Positions 1-8,901 of a DNA stretch of 64,000 nucleotides are shown here, piece after piece. The stretch's first letter is position 1, and every line of letters starts with the position of its first letter. Below the pieces are notes generated by a model. That model was not told the origin of the DNA. It worked only from the letters and a program-made list of their open reading frames with translations, and did no database searches. This DNA is from a virus. The translations under genes and the position numbers were made by a program. The stretch lies in IMG/VR virus record IMGVR_UViG_3300023179_000040, positions 32,001 through 96,000 of that record. The stretch is one strand, 5' to 3'.

Positions 1-3000
1 CGTAATCGTACTGTAGGCGCTGTTAATGCTATAAATAATGGGGGAACTACTTTTGAACAAGCTTCAGCAGCATCAAGGACCAAACTAGAACAAGAATTAG
101 CCAATGCACCAAGCTCTATTAGAGATCAGATACTTAAAGAATTTGATGATATTATTAATAATATAGCTAAGGGAGATAGTAAAGATAAATCTAATCAAGA
201 TAAAATTAAAATATTAGGCGAAACTCTACAGAATGATTTAGGTAAAAGTGCTATAGAGGCCAAGGACAACCTGAACCAGATGGCTCTTGAATTTTTGAAA
301 TTTAAGGACAGTACTCTAAAACAATTTGTTGATTCTCTTAATAAGGTTGTTCAAGAACAATTAAAAGCCGCTGAAGCTATTAGACAGGCTAGATCTATAG
401 TCATTGAATCACGGGTGGCCTTGAGAGAACTTATTAGCGGTGGATCGATAGGACTAGGAGAAAGAGCACAAATTATTAATAATAATGTAGGATCTCTAAC
501 AGGAGGCATAACTGATCCTACTCGCATAAGACAAAATATTCAGAATCTTAGCGCAAGAAAATCAGAACTAAATAATAAATTAAATGATCCTTCTTTATCT
601 AAGGAAGAAAGAGATAAAGCCATAGTAGAATTAGAAGGCTTAACACTATCTCTTAATAAAAATAGAACAGCATTAGATGAGTTAGCTAATAGTACAGAAT
701 TAGCTAGTGCTGCTATGTCTCAGCTACAAAATTTACAGAAGATGCAAGCTGATAGACTACAGAATATTGATCAAATACTCACATCAACACCGCAAGAACT
801 TAGAAAATTTAATGAGTCACTCATTAGAGTTCAACAAAGAGCAATGGGTATCGATCCTGGGCCATCACGGGAAGCTCGCAAAGCATATAACAGAACACTA
901 AGACAAACCGGTGGAAATGTTCAAGCTGCTATGATGGCCGGTCAGGCTCAGATGGCAGAGGATAGAGGTACTGATTTAAGAAATATGGAACAGTATCGTA
1001 GTACTTGGATTTTGAATCAAATGAATGAGGCTCGTGCTCAGGGCATAGAATTAAGTCAAGAAGAAGCTAATAGAAGATTCAATGCTAATGCCGCTAATGT
1101 TAGAGGCCAAATGGCTAATGAGTCTGGTGCTGCTAATATGTATGGCCCAGGAATCAATGAAGGCATAATGGCTAGTGTTGATCCTATGAGAGACCCAGCT
1201 TTTGCCGCCACTGCTAGAGTGGCCATGGCAGCAAGTGATAATCAAGCCAGAGCCAAAGAACAGCAAGCTATTTTATTAACAACAAATGCAACAGAGGAAT
1301 TTGGTAATGCATTAAAATTACTAACAGATCAAATGCTGTTAATTAGTCAAAGATTCTCACTAATGCAACAACAGCAAGGAGCAGATTTAGGATTAGCTCC
1401 GCCTCCTGGACAAATGAGACCACCGGTCATAGTACCCCCACTGTTTCCTGCACAACGAAATCAGCCACAAAGAAAGGCTTTGGGTGGTTTGATTTATGCT
1501 GCTAATGGTCAATTTGTAGACTTTAAGCCTATGGGGACTGATACCATACCAGCAATGTTAACTCCAGGAGAATTTGTTGTTAATAGAACTGCTACCGAAA
1601 AACACTTGCCTCTATTAACCGCTATTAATGGAGGTAACGAAGTTAGGGTTGATGGTATGAGTAGCGGAGGATTAGTTTATTTGGCTAGAGGTGGTAGGCC
1701 AGGAATGAATATGATGACCAATGGAGGCAATAGGGTCGATGGGCGTGTTCCCAAGAGATTGGCCGTGCGTAGAGATTATGCTACTTTTTCTAGATTAGAT
1801 GCAGATAGTAGCGGTTATTTAACATCAACAGAGATTGATGACGAGATCTTATCAAGATTAGATGGTAATAATGACGGTAGACTCAGTACTGTAGAATTTT
1901 TTGGAGCATTACCAAATACTAGAGATAGAAGATTTTTAGGTAGAGTAGACTGGCGTAAACCTACAATTATTACTAGAGCACTAGAAGCACAAGATATTAG
2001 TTATAGAGTATTTTCTGAAAATAGATATGCTAAGTTTGCAGATAAATACAGAGACCCTAGCACCATAGAACAGGGATTGATGGTCGATCCTAGAAGACCA
2101 AAAGATCCTGATGCTGTTATTCCAAAGATCGATATACCATCATTAGTGCCTAATGATCCTAGATCCCGTATGACAATGGACATGCAGAGATCTGTAAATG
2201 GTAATCTTATTCCTATTCCCAAAACACTTAAAGAAAAAGACCCTAAATCTTTACGCAATTCATTTTATAGATTAGATGTTAATGAAGATGGCGTATTGTC
2301 TGGTACAGAATTAACCTCGTATCGTGATTTAGATACTGACTTAAATCAGCAAATTACAGAAGATGAGTGGCTAGGTGTGGGTTTTGATCCTTATGATTCA
2401 TTACAAAGGGAAAGATTTAATATTACTAATCCTTTTGGTAAAGGAATGGATGCTCGTAGAAGAGCTTTAGAGTCCGGAATGGCAGCATACGAAAGAAGCG
2501 TTGCGACCGGCGAGCCAATACGCGATAGAAAAGGAAATATTGTTTTTGACGGTACTGCTGAAAGCTTAAAGAATAAAAGAGAAGAGTTAGCAACTATAAG
2601 AGCAGCTAGAGGAGGAAAGTCTCAAACACAATTAATTCGTGAACAAAAATATAATGATCGCTTAGTTAATCAAAGACTAGGATCTTCTGGATATGCTGTT
2701 GGCAAGGCTCAAAAGCAGATAGATACAGAAAGAGAAATGTTTGAGGAAGAAAGAAAAAAAATCAGCAATGCCAATCCATTAATGACGGAAGATGAGGTGA
2801 TACAAGCTACAACGGATTCTCTTAACAAAGGCGGATATACTATTGGAGCGGATGTTAATTGGTGGAAAAATGAAAGAGGAATCACTGCTACCGCCGGTCA
2901 ATATGACGAAACTAGAACCTTAGAAGCTATAAAAAATAGCGATGCTCTAGCTACTAATAGCGATCCAACCGGAGCAAAGGCAAGAGCATCAATAGATGCC

Positions 3001-6000
3001 TATGCCGCATCACAAGGAGCCAGAGCACAAGCAGATAGAGTAAGTAGAGGTATGGGTGATGAACCTATTAGCCCTGATGCTGCTGTAGTTGGTACGCAAG
3101 GACCGGTATCGTCTTTAAACAGAGCGATAGATAATGCTGAAGTTGGTAGAGCAGTAGATACTAGAGTTAGAAGAGAAAAACAAGATCAATTAGCAGCTGA
3201 TATTCAAGCTGATGTTGCCAGATCCGCAGCTATGGACAAGAGAGATAAAGAGCTTGGTATATACACCGGAGATATCAATAGAGATATCTATGTTTCTGGT
3301 ATGGGCGATGTATCTTATCAGCCTGGAATGGGATCAAAAATATCTATCGAAGAACAAAAACAGAGAAGACGTGAAAAGGTTATTAAAGACAGATTAACAT
3401 TCACAGATAAAACTGGTAAATATTCACAATCTGGTACTATAGATAGTATTGATGCTAAGACCGGCACTGTGCGTATTGCTAAAATTGATCCAAACACCGG
3501 GGCACCAGTTACGAAAAAAGATAAAGATGGGATAGAAAATCAAGTATATACAACTATACCAATAGATCAATTAGATACAAAATCTCAAGCTAAAATCAAT
3601 AAAGCTCTAGAAAAAGATAGAGCACAGCAAGCAGCAGTGGCTAATGCTACGCTAGATAAAGCCGTTCAAGGCATTTCGATATCTGCTGAGGTGGATTTAT
3701 CATTACCATCTGAATCAACTAAAGCCAAAGCAGATGCCCTAGCTAAAGAAACTATGGAGAGAGCTAATGCTGATCAGGCTAGGTTTGATCAAAGCATTTT
3801 ACCAACATCTAAGCCATCTATCGTTATTGATCCTATTACTCGTCAGCCTAAAACTATTGATGGACAGAATATAGATGTTAAAGCTATAAGGCAAAGATTA
3901 GAACAAGATCGTCAAGATTTACAAGCCCAAATAGAAGATTGGGTTAAGAATGGACAATTTGGCGAAGGTGTGGCTCGTACACAAGATATGAATCTTACTC
4001 AAGCTAAGATTGATAGGTCACTACAAGAATTAGCAGATTTAGAAAATGCAAAATACGAATTTGATACCGCAAGAGAGGAAAAGAATCTTGCTACACAAAA
4101 AAGATATGAAGAGCTAAAGAAAAAGAGTGAAACTGGTAGAGGTCTAGCGTCAGTTAAGGAAGCAGATGAATTTGCTAGACTATCTATTGAGAGAGGAGTT
4201 GCTCCGGGAGAAATTCCTGGAGGAAGAACTGTTGTTGTTGAAAGAGCCATGAGAAGCGAAGCTTTTGCGACATCAGATAAAACTGATGCTTTTGGTCAAC
4301 CTGTTGCTGTTGGAAATATGGAAAAACAATCAACAGAGCAGTATACTAAAGATCTTGTTGAGGAGAAGAGAACTTCACAATATAGTAAATTAACATCGGA
4401 AATTTCTAATAATGCCAGTCAGTCTGTAGAAAATTTAACAGGTTCTCGTTATTTAGGTAATACCGCCGGTTTTGTAACCACACTAGGTTTAGGTATTGTA
4501 TCACCAGAAAATGTTGTAACGCAGGTTGCTACTGGAGGGTTAGGACTTATCCCAGCATTAGGTGTTGATGTGGCTAGTGCCGGAGGAGGTGCTCTAGGTG
4601 CTTATGGTGCAGGAGATTCTCAAGGAGTAATAGAAGCTGCGTTTCAAGGAGCCACTACATTAGGTATGACGGGGGCTTTTAGAGCTTTAGGCGCAGCACT
4701 ACCGTATATTCCTGCTGTTAAGATGCCTAATTTAAGTTTCCCTTATAAGTCATTTGGAAATGGCGTACAATCTTTATTAGATACCGCAGATGAGTCTCTT
4801 ATTAGGGGCATATATGGTGTTGATCCTAAAGTATATCGTAGAGCAGAAAATATAGCTGGTATCAGGGCGGATATACAGGCCGCAGCTGAAGAAGAAGCCT
4901 TCGTCAATTCTGTCACTGATTTTATGACTGGTAAAAATAGTCCAGTTGTTAGAGCGATAAAAGAGGCAGATGCAGACTTTAGATCTGCTCCAGACAGAGC
5001 AGCACAACAAAGAAAAGCATTAGATATAAAAAAACAAGAAGCAACAGCACGACTAGAGCAACAAAAAATAGATGCCCAAAAAGCTGAACAAGAATTTGTA
5101 GATAGTCAAATTACGGATATTCGTGATCGGGTTATAAGAGATGTAGAAGCTGCTAAACAAAATGGAGCCACAGCATCCGGCATAAAAGCAATTGAGTATA
5201 GAGGTAAGGTTGAATTAGAGGAAAAAGGATTATTGCCTAGAGCTGAAGAAAGACTTAATCTTGCTCAAGAAACAAGACGCAAAGCAGAAGCTGATCAAGC
5301 TATTAAAGAAATGCAAGACTCATTTAATACTACTAGCGCACCAATACCATCGAAACCATCACCTAAAAAGCCAAAGAAACTTGCTACTGGAGGTATTGTT
5401 TATGCTGCTAATGGAGCATTAATCAATGCCCAACAAAAGGGTTCAGACACAGTACCAGCCATGCTTACTCCGGGAGAATTTGTCGTTAACAGACAAGCAA
5501 CTCAACAACATTTACCAGTTCTACAAGCTATTAATAAAGGATACTATAGCAGAGGCGGAATGGTACAATATTTAGCTGATGGCGGTATTGTTGCTCCTAA
5601 GTACTATATGTTTGGTGGATTAAGTAGCGGTATGGGCTTCTTAGCTTCATCTTTCAACAAGGGTAAGGACGGAGCATTAAGTGACGTCGATCCTGCTATA
5701 ATAGCAGAATTCGGCAGGGCTGTACAGTCCCTTAAAGATACTTTTGGTTCACTAGAAAACTTTAAAGATGTTGGCGAGAATATTAAACAGGCCATGAGCA
5801 CAATGAGTCAAAATGTAGCAATGTTTGGTGAGTCTATCAACTCCATACCTCAAGAAGTTGTACACAACATGAGCGCAACAGTTATGCAGCACGTTATGGG
5901 CTTGGACGGAGCAGAACAAAAATACGCTAAACAATTTGATAGTAAAATGGAGCAAGTGGCACTTAATACAGTAGCCACAGCTCGTCATAGAGATGCTAAA

Positions 6001-6063
6001 TTACACGAAGAAGACCCAGCAACAGTTGGTCAGATTATTGGTCATCAAGCAGGATTGGTATAG
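1..6063 (+). CDS. Tape-measure-like tail protein, 5'-truncated, with EF-hand and SHD1-like internal domains
   Basis: Frame is open from base 1 (no stop before the ATG at 280). Ala/Gln-rich helical composition; two copies of the TMP-associated motif GxDT(I/V)PAMLTPGEFVVNR; Gly/Ala hydrophobic stretch at ~4450-4710; lies upstream of tail genes. Confidence 0.75.
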   Translation, partial: RNRTVGAVNAINNGGTTFEQASAASRTKLEQELANAPSSIRDQILKEFDDIINNIAKGDSKDKSNQDKIKILGETLQNDLGKSAIEAKDNLNQMALEFLKFKDSTLKQFVDSLNKVVQEQLKAAEAIRQARSIVIESRVALRELISGGSIGLGERAQIINNNVGSLTGGITDPTRIRQNIQNLSARKSELNNKLNDPSLSKEERDKAIVELEGLTLSLNKNRTALDELANSTELASAAMSQLQNLQKMQADRLQNIDQILTSTPQELRKFNESLIRVQQRAMGIDPGPSREARKAYNRTLRQTGGNVQAAMMAGQAQMAEDRGTDLRNMEQYRSTWILNQMNEARAQGIELSQEEANRRFNANAANVRGQMANESGAANMYGPGINEGIMASVDPMRDPAFAATARVAMAASDNQARAKEQQAILLTTNATEEFGNALKLLTDQMLLISQRFSLMQQQQGADLGLAPPPGQMRPPVIVPPLFPAQRNQPQRKALGGLIYAANGQFVDFKPMGTDTIPAMLTPGEFVVNRTATEKHLPLLTAINGGNEVRVDGMSSGGLVYLARGGRPGMNMMTNGGNRVDGRVPKRLAVRRDYATFSRLDADSSGYLTSTEIDDEILSRLDGNNDGRLSTVEFFGALPNTRDRRFLGRVDWRKPTIITRALEAQDISYRVFSENRYAKFADKYRDPSTIEQGLMVDPRRPKDPDAVIPKIDIPSLVPNDPRSRMTMDMQRSVNGNLIPIPKTLKEKDPKSLRNSFYRLDVNEDGVLSGTELTSYRDLDTDLNQQITEDEWLGVGFDPYDSLQRERFNITNPFGKGMDARRRALESGMAAYERSVATGEPIRDRKGNIVFDGTAESLKNKREELATIRAARGGKSQTQLIREQKYNDRLVNQRLGSSGYAVGKAQKQIDTEREMFEEERKKISNANPLMTEDEVIQATTDSLNKGGYTIGADVNWWKNERGITATAGQYDETRTLEAIKNSDALATNSDPTGAKARASIDAYAASQGARAQADRVSRGMGDEPISPDAAVVGTQGPVSSLNRAIDNAEVGRAVDTRVRREKQDQLAADIQADVARSAAMDKRDKELGIYTGDINRDIYVSGMGDVSYQPGMGSKISIEEQKQRRREKVIKDRLTFTDKTGKYSQSGTIDSIDAKTGTVRIAKIDPNTGAPVTKKDKDGIENQVYTTIPIDQLDTKSQAKINKALEKDRAQQAAVANATLDKAVQGISISAEVDLSLPSESTKAKADALAKETMERANADQARFDQSILPTSKPSIVIDPITRQPKTIDGQNIDVKAIRQRLEQDRQDLQAQIEDWVKNGQFGEGVARTQDMNLTQAKIDRSLQELADLENAKYEFDTAREEKNLATQKRYEELKKKSETGRGLASVKEADEFARLSIERGVAPGEIPGGRTVVVERAMRSEAFATSDKTDAFGQPVAVGNMEKQSTEQYTKDLVEEKRTSQYSKLTSEISNNASQSVENLTGSRYLGNTAGFVTTLGLGIVSPENVVTQVATGGLGLIPALGVDVASAGGGALGAYGAGDSQGVIEAAFQGATTLGMTGAFRALGAALPYIPAVKMPNLSFPYKSFGNGVQSLLDTADESLIRGIYGVDPKVYRRAENIAGIRADIQAAAEEEAFVNSVTDFMTGKNSPVVRAIKEADADFRSAPDRAAQQRKALDIKKQEATARLEQQKIDAQKAEQEFVDSQITDIRDRVIRDVEAAKQNGATASGIKAIEYRGKVELEEKGLLPRAEERLNLAQETRRKAEADQAIKEMQDSFNTTSAPIPSKPSPKKPKKLATGGIVYAANGALINAQQKGSDTVPAMLTPGEFVVNRQATQQHLPVLQAINKGYYSRGGMVQYLADGGIVAPKYYMFGGLSSGMGFLASSFNKGKDGALSDVDPAIIAEFGRAVQSLKDTFGSLENFKDVGENIKQAMSTMSQNVAMFGESINSIPQEVVHNMSATVMQHVMGLDGAEQKYAKQFDSKMEQVALNTVATARHRDAKLHEEDPATVGQIIGHQAGLV

Positions 6064-6084
6064 TTGATATTGAAAAATAATACG

Positions 6085-6092
6085 GGTGTATA
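6085..6092 (+). promoter_or_regulatory. Putative phage (late) promoter motif GGTGTATA
   Basis: RGTGTATW motif recurs 30-50 nt upstream of six gene starts, in intergenic gaps. Confidence 0.55.
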
Positions 6093-6121
6093 TATAACTA
6101 GAGACTAACAAGGTATAAAAT

Positions 6122-7567
6122 ATGATCAATTTTCCTATTACAATTTTAGATAATACGGCCTGTTATTTCTATTCTGAAAATAACTATTTTATCTTAGGGT
6201 ATGCTCTGTCTGGATATAAAGGATTCGATAGTAATCAAAATGGATTAGTAATCCCCTATTTATGCAAAAACCAGGGCAGATACGAGGTTGGAATAGGACA
6301 AATAGAATATCTTAATAATGACAATAAATTAATCTTAAATAGACTAAAAATTTTATCATCATCTGATAATAATAACCCAGTATCTTTTGAAGAAAATTCT
6401 AATAATGCTCTATATTGTTTTGCTAATTCATATAATTTTAATCGGTCATTATCTAGTCTTATAGAAGTTAAAGAGAATACGGAACTGGCACCAATTTCTG
6501 CTACATATTTATTGGATATTAGTGAAAAAAATCTTAATATAACTTTACCAGACCCAACAAATAATGAAAATATAATTATAGAACTTAAAACCAGCACAGG
6601 ACCTTATGTTGTTAATATAATAAATGGTTCTAATTATTATACTACTCTATATGCTGATTCTTATATTAAACTTGCATGTACAGGATCAGACTGGATAGTA
6701 TTGGTTAATCCCGACAATCATTCGCTATTAGATAATGAATCAGCCACTTTTGGTGCTCTTGGGGTTGCCGTAGGAACATCTGGTTCTTTTCAATATAATA
6801 ATGGTGGTGATCTAGGAGATTCTAATGTTTTTGTAGGAGGAAATAATAAGGTTTTATTAGGGTCATCAGAAGAAGCCCTAGCACATGCCATATTACCAAC
6901 ATCTGGCAATTATCCTACCATATTTAATAATAGTAGAAATGCTTCTGATTTTATCGTAAAGGGCAGCGGCGATAAAAATCTTTTTTTTGGATATGATGGT
7001 AAACTAGGCATAAATATTCCTAGCGGATCAAGACCTCAAACATCTTTACATATTATTAATAGTTTATGCCAAGATAGTATAAGAGTAGAAAATCGAAATC
7101 AATGTAATCCTACAAATATCACACTATATCACAAGCCATCAACAGCAATAGATTCTAACTCAATTATCGGAACCATAAATCTATCATGCAAAAATTCTAC
7201 TGGCAATCAAGCAGACTATGCCCAATTAAGAGGTAAAGCAGTATCATCAAATGCCGTTTCTACAAGCGGAGAATTTGCTGTTGCTGTTAATAAAAATGGA
7301 ACATTAATTGAACAACTTAGTATAAATGGAGATAGTGCTTATTTAGGAATTAATAATACTAATAATATTAGAGTAAATAATTCTGGTATATTTTTAAATG
7401 GTAAAGTTAATCTTACTAATATTAAATTTAGTATGCCTACAACAAGTGGACAAATTTTATTAGTAAATAATAATGGAGAAATTGTTTTGACTGATATTAT
7501 GAATTCTCCTATAATTAATATATTAGATGGCGGTACGGTAGTATTTACTGGAGTATGCTCATCATGA
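6122..7567 (+). CDS. Tail fibre-like structural protein
   Basis: Motifs typical of phage fibres: YEVGIGQ...LNRLKILSSSDNNNPVSF, DISEKNLNITLP, GSFQYNNGG, GKLGINIP..PQTSLHI. Confidence 0.55.
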   Translation: MINFPITILDNTACYFYSENNYFILGYALSGYKGFDSNQNGLVIPYLCKNQGRYEVGIGQIEYLNNDNKLILNRLKILSSSDNNNPVSFEENSNNALYCFANSYNFNRSLSSLIEVKENTELAPISATYLLDISEKNLNITLPDPTNNENIIIELKTSTGPYVVNIINGSNYYTTLYADSYIKLACTGSDWIVLVNPDNHSLLDNESATFGALGVAVGTSGSFQYNNGGDLGDSNVFVGGNNKVLLGSSEEALAHAILPTSGNYPTIFNNSRNASDFIVKGSGDKNLFFGYDGKLGINIPSGSRPQTSLHIINSLCQDSIRVENRNQCNPTNITLYHKPSTAIDSNSIIGTINLSCKNSTGNQADYAQLRGKAVSSNAVSTSGEFAVAVNKNGTLIEQLSINGDSAYLGINNTNNIRVNNSGIFLNGKVNLTNIKFSMPTTSGQILLVNNNGEIVLTDIMNSPIINILDGGTVVFTGVCSS

Positions 7568-8088
7568 TCTTAAAAAGAGATATAACATCTACATCCGCTC
7601 CCGCCCCAGAACAAATAGAGGTTGGAGAGCTTGTTTTTAATGCTAATACCGGCATACTATTTGCTAAAATGCAAAATGGTACCGTAATAAAATATTTAGG
7701 TTCACCAGTTTGTCAGACACCAGACGATCAAACTTGTCCGGTACCTGTACCAGATATCAAAACTAGCGATATTACTAATTTTTGCTGTGGTGGTGATAGC
7801 TTAATCGTTTACATTAATAATCTATTGGTAAATCATAGATATCTTTGTCAAATTACAGATCTTATTTCTAATTCTACTATGGTTATTAGTCAAAATCAAG
7901 TTGAGTTATTACCATTAACAAGCTCATCAAGATCTATGGCTTTGAATCTAACTATTGATAAAAATGTACAGGCTGTTGCTCTGATCAAAATATCTGTTTT
8001 AGAAATAGTTTCAGCCGGAGGAACTACTCAGAACCTAATAAGATCGGAAAAAATTCTGGATATTTGTTGCACTCAATGTAATGGATGA
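7564..8088 (+). CDS. Small virion/fibre-associated protein
   Basis: N-terminus ILKR...P....GELVFNANTGILF resembles the fibre N-terminal IxLKR...GELAxN motif. ATG at 7564 overlaps the upstream stop (ATGA). Confidence 0.5.
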   Translation: MILKRDITSTSAPAPEQIEVGELVFNANTGILFAKMQNGTVIKYLGSPVCQTPDDQTCPVPVPDIKTSDITNFCCGGDSLIVYINNLLVNHRYLCQITDLISNSTMVISQNQVELLPLTSSSRSMALNLTIDKNVQAVALIKISVLEIVSAGGTTQNLIRSEKILDICCTQCNG

Positions 8089-8096
8089 TATAAATT

Positions 8097-8852
8097 ATGG
8101 CTGAAAAATTAATATATAGCCCCAATATTTGCGGTAGCGGTATACTAATTAGTTATACTGGATTAAATTTATCATTAGATGAAACATACAGAATAACATT
8201 TACTAGTTTAGGATCTATACCAACTCAAACCAATGTTACTATTGATCCTACAGGATATTTGCTCAGATCTCAAAAACCATCTCCAGAGCTTAAAACTTTT
8301 GTTAAAATTAATAGTAATATGTCAGATAATTCTAGTAATAATATTATTGCTTTATCTATTTATGATAGTAATGATACTTTAATCTATACTGACTATAAGA
8401 ATCTGGTTTGTGGTACTCTTTGTGGCTCAGGATATCCAATACCGGCATCTCCAACACCCACTCCTTCAGTTACAATTACGCCGACCCTTACTCCAACACC
8501 CACCATCACCCCAACAGTAACAGCATCACCACCAGCACCACCACTAGCCTTCTCAGCGTCTTTTGATAGATACATAAACACATTAGGAGATTGTAATAAA
8601 GTTACTATTAGAGGTAAGGCTCAAGGAGTAATAGGAGAAACTTATAGATATAAATTTAATACTGATATGAATGGATTAGACCTTAAATTGAGCAATCCTA
8701 GCGGAGTTATAACAATACTGGACAATCCAACCTATGTTTATACAGAGATAACTTTGCCTAATTCTTGTCAAAATTATATACTCGAATTTGGACTTTCTGA
8801 CGCTAATCAGACCGTACAATCAATGGCCGTATTTAGGTGTGGTAATTGTTAA
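8097..8852 (+). CDS. Virion protein: two beta-rich Cys-ended domains joined by a Pro/Thr linker
   Basis: 251 aa ORF with PTPTPSVTITPT linker; domains end in CxxxC/CxxC. Confidence 0.5.
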   Translation: MAEKLIYSPNICGSGILISYTGLNLSLDETYRITFTSLGSIPTQTNVTIDPTGYLLRSQKPSPELKTFVKINSNMSDNSSNNIIALSIYDSNDTLIYTDYKNLVCGTLCGSGYPIPASPTPTPSVTITPTLTPTPTITPTVTASPPAPPLAFSASFDRYINTLGDCNKVTIRGKAQGVIGETYRYKFNTDMNGLDLKLSNPSGVITILDNPTYVYTEITLPNSCQNYILEFGLSDANQTVQSMAVFRCGNC

Positions 8853-8857
8853 TGTTT

Positions 8858-8865
8858 AGTGTATT
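8858..8865 (+). promoter_or_regulatory. Putative phage promoter motif AGTGTATT
   Basis: Matches RGTGTATW, 37 nt upstream of the 8902 start. Confidence 0.4.
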
Positions 8866-8901
8866 ACATGATGAATATATGATTTTTTAAAAGAGGAAAT
8901 A

